DNA of 64,000 nucleotides from an uncultured Gammaproteobacteria bacterium (GTDB lineage: Bacteria > Patescibacteriota > Patescibacteriia > Magasanikbacterales > UBA922), in the NCBI GenBank assembly GCA_964433095.1, contig CAYSPW010000001.1, positions 4,296 to 68,295 on the forward strand. Direction: 5' to 3'. The notes beneath the pieces are model-generated. The model did no database searches. It was not told the origin of the DNA and worked only from the letters and a program-made list of their open reading frames with translations. Both the position numbers and the translations under genes were made by a program. The first letter of the stretch is position 1, and each line of letters opens with the position of its first letter. Shown one piece after another: positions 29,358 through 38,115 of the stretch.

Positions 29358-29960
29358 ATGAGTTATCCTGAACCGGTAAAAAATTTAATCTCCGCTTTTT
29401 CCAAATTACCCTCGGTCGGCAACAGAACGGCCGAGCGTTTTGTGTTTCATTTACTAAAATCCGGAAAAAAAGACGTGGCCGAATTAAGCATGGCTTTGAG
29501 TGACTTAATGAAAAAAATTAAAAGCTGTCCGCAATGCTGGGATTTTTCCGATAAAAGCCCATGTGATTACTGCTCCGACCCCAAACGGGACCAAACAACT
29601 CTTTGCGTGGTTAGCGAGCCACAAGGCGTGCAAGTAATAGAAAAAAGCGGCTCGTATAAAGGGTTATATCATATTTTACGCGGTACGGTTAAAGCCGGAG
29701 ATATTGAAAGTGCCAAGCAATTAAAAATATCCCCATTATTATCTCGAGTGAAACAAAATCAAATTAAAGAAATAATTTTGGCTCTAAATCCGGATATTGA
29801 AGGCGAAACCACCATGATGCTGCTAAAGAAAAAAATTAAAAAAGAAAATCCTGATATTAAGATAACCAGCCCTGTGAGAGGATTGCCTATGGGGGCGGAT
29901 TTGCACTACGCGGACGAAATTACTTTAAGCAGTGCTTTTAAAAACAGAATCGAAAAATAA
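29358..29960 (+). CDS. recR: Recombination protein RecR
   Basis: LPSVG.RTAER, C4 zinc finger, Toprim EIILALNP.IEGETT, GLPMG.DL.YADE.TL. Confidence 0.96.
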   Translation: MSYPEPVKNLISAFSKLPSVGNRTAERFVFHLLKSGKKDVAELSMALSDLMKKIKSCPQCWDFSDKSPCDYCSDPKRDQTTLCVVSEPQGVQVIEKSGSYKGLYHILRGTVKAGDIESAKQLKISPLLSRVKQNQIKEIILALNPDIEGETTMMLLKKKIKKENPDIKITSPVRGLPMGADLHYADEITLSSAFKNRIEK

Positions 29961-30188
29961 ATAGAAAAATTAAATTTAACAAATAAAAAAATCCAAAGGA
30001 AGCAGCCCGGCCCACAAACCTGTCATTTATTCCGTTATCGCCTGTTGACTTTTTCAGCAAAAGAACGCTATTGGTTGAAATATTTAAACGAACCGGCTTT
30101 TACCCGCGCCGCTCCAATTGATTACAATTAGTCCTATACAACACATTAACCGCGTCCACAAATTCTGCATTACTCGTCTCCCCAGCAT

Positions 30189-30224
30189 AAAAAAAGATCC
30201 GGTCATTTATACCGGTCTTTTTTT
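30189..30224. terminator. Terminator hairpin downstream of rplU (bidirectional form)
   Basis: A-run-GATCCGGT...ACCGGTC-T-run inverted repeat. Confidence 0.6.
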
Positions 30225-30537
30225 ACCTTATAGCTTCAACTTTGACTTTTGTGTAAGGTTGGCGGTGACCTTTCACTCTTTTGTATCTGACTTTTCGCTT
30301 AAATTTCACCACCCGTATTTTCTTATTCCTACCCTCTTGCTCAACCGTGGCCGCGATACTTACTCCGTCCAAATAAGGAGTGCCGATTTTTACTTCTGAC
30401 CCGTCTTCTTTGGCCAGAAGCAACACTTTATCAAATACAACTTCTTTGCCCGCTTCAGCATTCAGTTTTTCAATCTTCAGACTGTCTCCGGCTTTGATTA
30501 GATATTGCTTTCCACCTGTTTCAATAACAGCGTACAT
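30223..30537 (-). CDS. rplU: 50S ribosomal protein L21
   Basis: MYAVIETGGKQY, GHRQPYT. Start at ATG 30537. Confidence 0.98.
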   Translation of the reverse strand: MYAVIETGGKQYLIKAGDSLKIEKLNAEAGKEVVFDKVLLLAKEDGSEVKIGTPYLDGVSIAATVEQEGRNKKIRVVKFKRKVRYKRVKGHRQPYTKVKVEAIR

Positions 30538-30625
30538 AATATATTTTTTAGTTAAATATGCTAGAGAAACCGAGCCAATAATCAAATAGGTTTTTTAGGT
30601 GTACCCTATTTTTTAGGCGTAGACT

Positions 30626-30654
30626 AGTGTATAATATTTTTTATTTTCTGTCAA
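30626..30654 (-). promoter_or_regulatory. sigma70 promoter of rplU
   Basis: Minus strand TTGACA-17 bp-TACACT. Confidence 0.75.
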
Positions 30655-30660
30655 GCGAAG

Positions 30661-31131
30661 TCATTCTTGTATGATTAACATCCTATCGCCAATTTTTAAA
30701 CCATGCTCTTGTACCCAGCCACTTTTCAGCTCCAAAACCAAATTTGCCTCGGCTCGAGGAAAATATACTGTCAACCGTTCTTCATCGCGGCCCGGTTCTG
30801 GTTTGACATTGGGAGCGATATCCACCACCCGACCGCGATCAAGCCAAATAATGTCAATGGGAAACTCCATCTTTCTCATGACTATTTTATGCCGGGCATG
30901 ATTGAAATATAAAAAAAGCATACCGTCGTATTGTTCAAGACTTTCTCTCTTGCCTAAACCGCGATGCCAGTGGTAGGGAGTTTTTGCCACCAAAACATTC
31001 AAATTCTGATCCTTAAGCCGTATTCGCGCTTCCGGCCAATGTAGCTGCCATAAATTGACGCCGACTACCGATAATACGAAAATGGCAATAATAATTATTT
31101 GAAATTTACTTAATTTTCTTTTGTTTTTCAT
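30661..31131 (-). CDS. DUF192 domain protein
   Basis: RGL..R, GMLF, M.FPIDIIWLD, VLEL..G......GL..GD. Confidence 0.9.
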   Translation of the reverse strand: MKNKRKLSKFQIIIIAIFVLSVVGVNLWQLHWPEARIRLKDQNLNVLVAKTPYHWHRGLGKRESLEQYDGMLFLYFNHARHKIVMRKMEFPIDIIWLDRGRVVDIAPNVKPEPGRDEERLTVYFPRAEANLVLELKSGWVQEHGLKIGDRMLIIQE

Positions 31132-32189
31132 TTTGCCGCTTTTTTATCCCTAAATGAAAACCACACTCCGAGCAACAACATCAAAGCCAGTAAAAAAACC
31201 AGGGCTATTAGTTTTTGGCTACTTTGTAAAAACAAAGCGGTAAATCCGAATAAAAAGGAAATTGAATACATCAACAGCACGGCTTGCTTTTGCGTCAAGC
31301 CGGATTCCAATAATTTAAAATGCAAATGCTCTTGATCGCCTAAATAAATCGGCTTGTTTTTTTGCATTCTCCTGATCATGACTCGCGCCACATCCAGCAT
31401 GGGAATACCGATCACCAACAATGTAATGGCGATTTTTCCTCCGGATATGATAGCCAGAGATCCAAGCATAAAACCGGTAAACAATGATCCGCCTTCGCCC
31501 AAAAAAATCTTCGCCGGATGCCAATTCCATACCAAAAAACCCAGACAAGCGGCCGAGAATACAATGGCCAGCATGGCTACTTCCGGCTGATACCACTGGC
31601 TTTGCAAACTTAAAAAAAATATAATCAAAGCGCCGATACTGACGACACCGGCCACCAAACCGTCCAATCCATCCAAAAACTTGGTGGTAAACATTACTCC
31701 GAGCAGCCAGAAAAAAACCAAAATATCAGCCACTATTATCCAATTTCCCAATCCGATTACCGCCAGTTTATAATCAAGCGTAATGGTGCCACCCAAAGGG
31801 TTTGTGATAACGCGCGGTCCGATGCCGAAAACTATTATACTCAGTGCCGCCAGTATCGGAAAAATTATTTGCGCTCTGGCGCACAGTGAATATTTATCAT
31901 CCAAAAAACCGCCGATCATCAAAAACAAACCGCCTATAAATAAACCCAACATCTGAGTACCGGTTATGTCTCGTGCCATAAAATCACTGTAGCAAAGCAA
32001 ATATCCGGACACTATGAAAAAAGATAAAAAAATGGCCAGACCTCCGCCCAATGGAATTTTCTTCTTGTGAATTTTACGCGATTTTGCTTTCGGTTTATCT
32101 ACAACCCCTAATCTCGCCATTACATCTTTTACCAAAGCGGTAAGAAAAAATGAAATAACAAAAGTCAGCAAAAAATAACCGGCAAACAT
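31128..32189 (-). CDS. Undecaprenyl-phosphate GlcNAc-1-phosphate transferase (WecA/TagO, MraY-like family)
   Basis: RKIH...IPLGGGLAI, G.LDD, LDGLDGL, PAKIFLG..GS, D.EHLH. Confidence 0.92.
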   Translation of the reverse strand: MFAGYFLLTFVISFFLTALVKDVMARLGVVDKPKAKSRKIHKKKIPLGGGLAIFLSFFIVSGYLLCYSDFMARDITGTQMLGLFIGGLFLMIGGFLDDKYSLCARAQIIFPILAALSIIVFGIGPRVITNPLGGTITLDYKLAVIGLGNWIIVADILVFFWLLGVMFTTKFLDGLDGLVAGVVSIGALIIFFLSLQSQWYQPEVAMLAIVFSAACLGFLVWNWHPAKIFLGEGGSLFTGFMLGSLAIISGGKIAITLLVIGIPMLDVARVMIRRMQKNKPIYLGDQEHLHFKLLESGLTQKQAVLLMYSISFLFGFTALFLQSSQKLIALVFLLALMLLLGVWFSFRDKKAAK

Positions 32190-32201
32190 ATTGATTGTTA
32201 T

Positions 32202-34955
32202 TTAATCCTCGCCTTTATCCACTATAATTTCCAAATTCTCCCCTAAAACTACTTCGTCTTTACGCCTTAGTTTACCAGAGATCAATAGTTCAGCCAATTT
32301 GTTCTCTACATAATCTTGAATGGCGCGACGCATCGGTCTGGCGCCGAATTCCGGATCATATCCCACATCGGCCATTGCATCCAAAGCTTGGGACTTGACT
32401 CTTAGCGTGATCCCCCTCTTTTCCAGATCCTGTTCCACTCTCTTGAGCATTAGCGAAGCAATTTGCCTGATCTCCTGCTTGGTCAATGATTTAAACAACA
32501 CAATGGCGTCAAATCGATTTAAAAATTCAGGCCGGTAATATTGTTTCAATTCAGTACGGATCATCGACTGCCGTATCTGTTCCAAAGGTATTCCTTGCCT
32601 GAGCTGTTCTTGTACAAAATCCGTGCCGGCGTTAGATGTGGCAATAATGATGGTGTTACAAAAATTAATCACCCGACCTACGCTGTCTGTCAGCCTGCCA
32701 TCGTCAAAAACCTGTAAAAACAAATTTAGAATACCGGAATCCGCTTTTTCCAGCTCGTCCAGAAGCAGTAGTGAAAATGGATTTTGCCTTACCGCCTCGG
32801 TCAGCAGGCCAGTACCCTGCCGATTCGGTTCGCCGATCAACCGGTAAATACTTAATTTGTCTTGGTATTCGCTCATGTCCAACCTAATCATCCTCTCTTC
32901 GGAACCAAAATATATTTGGGCAATGGTTTTAGCCAACTCAGTCTTTCCCACTCCGGTAGGCCCAAGAAACAAAAAATTGGCTATCGGCCGATCTTGCGAC
33001 CTCATTTCCGCTCTTGCCCGGCGCAAAGCATTGGCTACCAAGGAAACCGCTTCATGCTGGCCAATAATCCTCTGATGCATTTCCTCTTCCAAGCGGAGTA
33101 ATTTTTCCGATTCGCTTTCGGTAATACTGGTAGTCAGTACTCCGGTCTTGTCGCTGATGACCTTTGCCACGTCATCGGGCTTGACCAAGTGCAATTCTTT
33201 TGATTTAGAGTGTACCATAGCCGCGGTTTCTCTCATCACTTCAATCGCGCTCGCCGGCATATTCTGATCATACATGAATTGATCGGCTAAAACGGCCGCT
33301 TTTTCCAAAGCGTCATAAGTAAAAAATACGTTATTCTTGTATTCGGCATGCGCCACTTTTGATTCCAACACCTGAACGGTCTGATTGACATCCATTTCCT
33401 CTATATCCACCTTGCTGAACGACTTGCCCACTTGAGTATTGACGATATTACGGCTATATCCTTCCACGGTAGTAGTAGCGAACGTTAAAAAATTTCCTCT
33501 GACCAAATACTCAGCTAATGTTTCGGATACATCTAGATTTTCTCCTTGCCCTTGTGCGGTACCAACCAAATCATCAAGGTTATTTATTAGCAAAATGATG
33601 TTGCCGGCGCGCGCCACTTCATTCATAATGCGGATAAGCCTTTCTTGTGCTCCACTGACCGAAGTTCCGGCTAAAAGCGAGGAGTTGGAAAGATATACCA
33701 ATCGCTTGTCTTTGAGGCGCTCCGGCACGTTTTCCTCAACCATCCTTTGCGCGATGCCTTCCATAATACTCATTTTACCCACTCCATGTTCCCCCACTAA
33801 AATTACACTTTGTTGTCCGGCGTCCACTATCCGAAAAATCTCTTCTATTTCTTTATCACGCGCCATGCAAGGATTAAGGCGTCCGTATTTGGCCGATAAA
33901 GTCAAATCCATACTAAAACTGTTCAAGAAGGGAGTAGCCACCGCCGTCATCGCTCTATCCAGACCATGCTTGCTGCGACGCGTGGCCGCTTTTGATAATT
34001 TTATCTTTTGCCTTTTTAATTTTTTTCTGGTTCTGACCCAGCCGACCACATTATTTAATTTCTGTCCGTCAATATTAAAATCATACAAAATTTCCTGAAT
34101 AGCCTCTGACTGCATTACAGCGGCCAGCAACAACTCGCTCAAATCAACCAGTTCCTGCCTGTCCGAATAGGCCATTTCATAAGCATGCAGCAAAACCTGT
34201 TTAACATCTTCGCTTACAATCGGAATAACCGACTTTTCTCCTTTTTTTAAAAGCGCGGCCACTTTTCCTTTTATTGCTTTACTGGAAACCCCCAGCCGCA
34301 CAAAAATACCGACGACCTCTTGCGTGTCTAAAATAGTGTAAAAAAGATGGCTGACCGCGAATCGCACGCTTCTTTCCGACTCGGCAAATATGTAAGCGCG
34401 GTCAAGTAATTGTCGGACCTCCATTGAAAATGTATCTGATATGTCTTTTTTCTTTTTATTGGACAACCGATGAACCTGCGGCCAGGATTCAACTGACAAA
34501 CTGTCCCATTCTACTTTGTCTTGACCGTACGCGCGCGTTTCTACTTCTTCTATTTCCACTCCCATTGCCGAAATCCGGTAAATCATATAACTGAAAGAAA
34601 TGATGGACAGCCAAAAAATCACTCGCCAGCTATCGTCTCCGTTAATCCAGTATGAAACGGTAAAAATTTGTTCCGCCAGCGCAAAACGGTACACGTGCCA
34701 GACGTACAAAAACAAAAAGCCCAATCCGAATACGATCGCGCCAATGACATTGAATTTATCCAATATTTCCCTGCCCCGGCGCAGCCGGACATGATAGCTA
34801 TTGAGTGGCTGTCCCCAATACAAAAATTTTCCTCTTCTGCTCACGCCAAACCCCTTACCCTTACATTGCGGACATTTTTTAAAATTAAGATATCCGGAGC
34901 TGCCGCAAGTGCCGCAGCTTAAGATATTAAATTGTTCTTTTTTTTCAAACAACAT
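32202..34955 (-). CDS. Membrane-anchored Clp/Hsp100-family AAA+ ATPase
   Basis: CxxCxxxG..CxxCxGxG, two TM helices, Clp N-domain, AAA-1 (GEHGVGK), AAA-2 (GPTGVGKT, LLDELEKA, RPEFLNR, GARPMRR). Confidence 0.9.
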   Translation of the reverse strand: MLFEKKEQFNILSCGTCGSSGYLNFKKCPQCKGKGFGVSRRGKFLYWGQPLNSYHVRLRRGREILDKFNVIGAIVFGLGFLFLYVWHVYRFALAEQIFTVSYWINGDDSWRVIFWLSIISFSYMIYRISAMGVEIEEVETRAYGQDKVEWDSLSVESWPQVHRLSNKKKKDISDTFSMEVRQLLDRAYIFAESERSVRFAVSHLFYTILDTQEVVGIFVRLGVSSKAIKGKVAALLKKGEKSVIPIVSEDVKQVLLHAYEMAYSDRQELVDLSELLLAAVMQSEAIQEILYDFNIDGQKLNNVVGWVRTRKKLKRQKIKLSKAATRRSKHGLDRAMTAVATPFLNSFSMDLTLSAKYGRLNPCMARDKEIEEIFRIVDAGQQSVILVGEHGVGKMSIMEGIAQRMVEENVPERLKDKRLVYLSNSSLLAGTSVSGAQERLIRIMNEVARAGNIILLINNLDDLVGTAQGQGENLDVSETLAEYLVRGNFLTFATTTVEGYSRNIVNTQVGKSFSKVDIEEMDVNQTVQVLESKVAHAEYKNNVFFTYDALEKAAVLADQFMYDQNMPASAIEVMRETAAMVHSKSKELHLVKPDDVAKVISDKTGVLTTSITESESEKLLRLEEEMHQRIIGQHEAVSLVANALRRARAEMRSQDRPIANFLFLGPTGVGKTELAKTIAQIYFGSEERMIRLDMSEYQDKLSIYRLIGEPNRQGTGLLTEAVRQNPFSLLLLDELEKADSGILNLFLQVFDDGRLTDSVGRVINFCNTIIIATSNAGTDFVQEQLRQGIPLEQIRQSMIRTELKQYYRPEFLNRFDAIVLFKSLTKQEIRQIASLMLKRVEQDLEKRGITLRVKSQALDAMADVGYDPEFGARPMRRAIQDYVENKLAELLISGKLRRKDEVVLGENLEIIVDKGED

Positions 34956-34961
34956 AATAGG

Positions 34962-35324
34962 TTAGGATAAACCGAAAAAAGCAATGGCTAGCATCATAAC
35001 AACAACAATCGGGAAAACCAACCAGATTAACAACAATGCCAGTATAAAAATCAACACAAAAAACAAGGCTATTGATCTGCCGACAACATTGACTAAGCGC
35101 ATAAAAATACTAATCAGTCTGCCCTGCCAATCATATTGGCCGAACATGGGCACGGCTATATTTTTCAGCCACAAGCCGGGAGCCAAATAGCCATTGGCCG
35201 TAGATAGGATACCAATGCAAAATCCTCCCGCTTTTTTTACTCCGCCGGAAAACCACCATAAAGGAAAGTATAATATATCAAGTAAAAATTCCAATGCCAA
35301 TCTTTGCACTAAAATTACCCACAT
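34962..35324 (-). CDS. Small hydrophobic membrane protein upstream of the Clp ATPase
   Basis: YFPLWW, PMFGQYDWQGR.ISI..R; 6 bp gap to the Clp gene. Confidence 0.8.
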   Translation of the reverse strand: MWVILVQRLALEFLLDILYFPLWWFSGGVKKAGGFCIGILSTANGYLAPGLWLKNIAVPMFGQYDWQGRLISIFMRLVNVVGRSIALFFVLIFILALLLIWLVFPIVVVMMLAIAFFGLS

Positions 35325-35365
35325 AAAATGTTGTTTAATACTTGACTAAATTATATCATATAGTC

Positions 35366-35394
35366 AAAAAAACCCCTAGTCAGGGGTTTGTTTT
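35366..35394. terminator. Terminator after the ftsL-like gene
   Basis: AAACCCCT-AGTC-AGGGGTTT flanked by A/T runs. Confidence 0.65.
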
Positions 35395-35411
35395 ACAAAA
35401 ATTAATTTTTC

Positions 35412-35756
35412 TTATCTGCGGGCCACTTCTGTGCCTGCCGGCAATATGAAATGCATATTTTCCGCTTCTACCATGCCTATTTGCGCCAACCGACTTTGAA
35501 TACTGTCCATTGATCGATACTTGGCAATCTCCACTTCCAGTTGCCTGGTATCCTGTTCTAAGGCTATTTTTTTTTCTTCCAAATCACTGATTTCAAAACC
35601 TTTGGTGGATACCGAACTGATTTTAGCCAAAAACAAAACACTCACCACCACCAGAAAAAAAGATAATATTAATCTGAAAGTTTTGCCTAAAAACCATTGC
35701 TTGGACGCTATTTTGCGCTCTCTTAAAGTTTGATTTTTATTTGTATATTTATTCAT
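35412..35756 (-). CDS. FtsL-like cell division protein
   Basis: Single TM plus coiled coil, directly after mraZ-rsmH. Confidence 0.7.
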   Translation of the reverse strand: MNKYTNKNQTLRERKIASKQWFLGKTFRLILSFFLVVVSVLFLAKISSVSTKGFEISDLEEKKIALEQDTRQLEVEIAKYRSMDSIQSRLAQIGMVEAENMHFILPAGTEVARR

Positions 35757-35791
35757 ATTTTTCCAACTGGTATTTTTTATGCCAAAAATTT

Positions 35792-36706
35792 TTATTCTTT
35801 TTTTTCCGCCACTCTAAGCTTGGCTGATCTGGCGCGCGGATTTTGCTTGATTTCCGATAAGGAAGCGGTAACCGGTTTTTTTGTAATAATTTTTAAATCA
35901 TCAACGCTGGCTTTAAAAAAATGCTTCACTATCCGATCTTCCAAAGAATGAAATGAAATTACCGCCAACCTGGCTTCCGGCTCAAGCAACATCCGCGCTT
36001 GAACCAAAGCCCGCTCCAATATCTCCAGTTCGTTATTTACCGCAATTCTTAAAGCTTGAAAAGTGCGTGTAGCCGGGTGGATCTTGCCCACCCAGGGCAC
36101 GTCCTTATTGATTTTCAGCTTATTTCGATAGACCTGCAATATGATACGCGCCAAATCACCGGTGCGACTGATAGGTTTGTTTTTCCTCTCTCGTGTTATT
36201 GCTTTGGCGATCTCCGTGCTTAATTTTTCTTCTCCGTATACGCGCAATATTTGCTCCAGCTCTTCTTCGGATTCTTGATTGATAATTTCCGTCACGGTGG
36301 GTGATTTATCAAAAGCACCGTTAGCACAATATCGCATATCAAGCGGTTCGTCTTTTTTAAAGCTGAAGCCCCTTCCCCTTTCCGCAAACTGCGGACTTGA
36401 CCAGCCCAAATCCATTAATATTCCATGCACCGGCTGAAACCCGGTATTTTCAATAATCTCGTTTAAATTAACAAAATTATCTCTTACCAATACTACTCTA
36501 TCTTTGTATTGATACAAAAACCGCTTCGCCCTTAAAATTGATTCCGGATCAGCGTCTATGCCAAGCAATATTCCATTGGGAGCGCTAGCCTGTAACATGG
36601 CTTGGGCATGCCCGCCGTCTCCCACCGTACAGTCCACAATATTATCGCCCGATTTTATGTCCAACAGTTCCACTACCTCTTTTAGTAATACTGGTTTATG
36701 CTTCAT
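35792..36706 (-). CDS. rsmH: 16S rRNA m4C1402 methyltransferase
   Basis: H.PVLL.E, D.T.G.GGH, DLG.SSPQ, PLDMR, HPATRTFQALRI.VN, SFHSLEDR, NPRARSAKLR. Confidence 0.98.
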   Translation of the reverse strand: MKHKPVLLKEVVELLDIKSGDNIVDCTVGDGGHAQAMLQASAPNGILLGIDADPESILRAKRFLYQYKDRVVLVRDNFVNLNEIIENTGFQPVHGILMDLGWSSPQFAERGRGFSFKKDEPLDMRYCANGAFDKSPTVTEIINQESEEELEQILRVYGEEKLSTEIAKAITRERKNKPISRTGDLARIILQVYRNKLKINKDVPWVGKIHPATRTFQALRIAVNNELEILERALVQARMLLEPEARLAVISFHSLEDRIVKHFFKASVDDLKIITKKPVTASLSEIKQNPRARSAKLRVAEKKE

Positions 36707-36720
36707 ACGCCAATCTTTTT

Positions 36721-37152
36721 TTATACCCCCAATTCAGCCATCTGCTCGGCGATTTTATTGCTTTCTTTTTCTGTTTTCTTTTTGTAATCAATCCACTTTT
36801 CCTGATCCCATATTTCCAATCGATTGTACAGTCCGGCCACTACCACCCCTTTATTTAGATCAGCAAAATTACGCAAATAATCGGGCAATATTACTCTTCC
36901 CTGCTTGTCCAAATCTACATCCATGGCTCCGGCCAGCATCAGACGGGCAAACGCTCTCGCGTTAGCTTGAGAAAAAGGCAGTTGAGCCAGCTTGTCGGCC
37001 AATTGTTTCCATTCTTGGGCAGTATAGAAAAAAAGACAATTATCCAACCCCTTGGTCACCACCGCTCCTTTTGTCAACTTTGCTCTAAACTTTTTAGGAA
37101 TAGCCAGCCGCCCTTTTTCGTCTAAATTATGTGAATACTCACCGATGAACAT
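36721..37152 (-). CDS. mraZ: Transcriptional regulator MraZ
   Basis: MFIGEY.H.LDEKGR..IP, D.QGR..LP, LEIWD. Start at ATG 37152. Confidence 0.98.
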   Translation of the reverse strand: MFIGEYSHNLDEKGRLAIPKKFRAKLTKGAVVTKGLDNCLFFYTAQEWKQLADKLAQLPFSQANARAFARLMLAGAMDVDLDKQGRVILPDYLRNFADLNKGVVVAGLYNRLEIWDQEKWIDYKKKTEKESNKIAEQMAELGV

Positions 37153-37223
37153 AAAATTAATTGATAAATAGATAGACAAGCATTGTTACCTATTTTTTAA
37201 GACGAAGCCAAATAACTGGAAAT

Positions 37224-37277
37224 TCCCCACTTTTCCCCACCTGTTTCCATTATATTCCACCCATATCCTTTTTGCAA
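37224..37277 (-). promoter_or_regulatory. mraZ promoter with overlapping MraZ boxes
   Basis: Minus strand TTGCAA-17 bp-TATAAT, plus GTGGA/ATGGA/GTGGG/GTGGG direct repeats at exact 10-bp spacing (37226-37260). Confidence 0.85.
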
Positions 37278-37381
37278 CCCCATTTATCCCCAACAAAATG
37301 AACGAAATATCCGCTATTGACAATTTGGCAAAAATACTGTAAAAAAACCATAGATCTTTACCAGCAAGCAAGGAGATTTTT

Positions 37382-38014
37382 ATGAACAAACCCGGACTAC
37401 TTCCATTACCTGAAAACTACATTATAATGATGGAACGTCTCAAGGGCATGAACATATTTGGCATGTTCATTGACAAATCCATCATCTTGGACGATCTGGT
37501 CAGGTTGTCCTGGCAGATAAAACTCCGCCATCCCCAAACCGCCATAAAAAGATTGGAAAACCTGGTGATGAGCAACCTGAGCTGTATTTATACTTTCAAT
37601 CAACCGGGATTGGTCTCAAGTGAAGGAAAAAGCTTTCCTTCCTACAAGTACCCGAAAATGGAGATAGAACGCTTGGCTTTGGGAACGCAGTCGCCAGAAG
37701 CCGTAAAAGACGTGGTTGGTGATAAATACTGCCGCGTGAATATTAATAAGCTTAGCTTGCAGTTGGGTTGTCGCGTGGGCAAGCCTACCACGTATGCCCT
37801 GCTGTTCGGCATTCTACTCGCGGCATGCGATTTGGCTGACGAAATCAAGGTTATCCAGAAGGGTAATCATGCCTGGGTGATGTATAAATTATTCGGGGTC
37901 AGCAGCTGGCATGTTGCCGATCCGTCAATAAAGGCTAGAGGTTTTTTGGAAAAGGATAATATAAATAAATACAAAAAAAATGCGGCCGCGGCCGATTTCG
38001 TTCTTTCCCTTTAA
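37382..38014 (+). CDS. Hypothetical protein with transglutaminase-like core
   Basis: YALLF..LL, NHAWV and W...DPS motifs. Upstream TTGACA-17-TAAAAA; own terminator. Confidence 0.6.
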   Translation: MNKPGLLPLPENYIIMMERLKGMNIFGMFIDKSIILDDLVRLSWQIKLRHPQTAIKRLENLVMSNLSCIYTFNQPGLVSSEGKSFPSYKYPKMEIERLALGTQSPEAVKDVVGDKYCRVNINKLSLQLGCRVGKPTTYALLFGILLAACDLADEIKVIQKGNHAWVMYKLFGVSSWHVADPSIKARGFLEKDNINKYKKNAAAADFVLSL

Positions 38015-38021
38015 ACCGAAC

Positions 38022-38055
38022 ACGTCGTCTTCCAGCAGAAAAGACGGCGTTTTTT
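38022..38055 (+). terminator. Intrinsic terminator
   Basis: ACGTCGTCTT/AAGACGGCGT stem followed by a T-run. Confidence 0.75.
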
Positions 38056-38115
38056 ATTTGTCTAGCTAAACCCGGTGGGCGAACCTTGGGAATATCATCG
38101 CCAAAAAAAGAATTT

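Noticed and set aside
29992-30010. TCCAAAGGAAGCAGC after recR, resembling the SRP RNA domain IV motif
   Set aside because: It lacks the upstream CAGG, the GNRA loop and the long flanking helix.
33439-34098. Long antisense ORFs (also 46041-46709, 56357-56914, 59688-60161)
   Set aside because: They are shadows of conserved genes (Clp ATPase, uvrB, recJ, dnaK) on the opposite strand.
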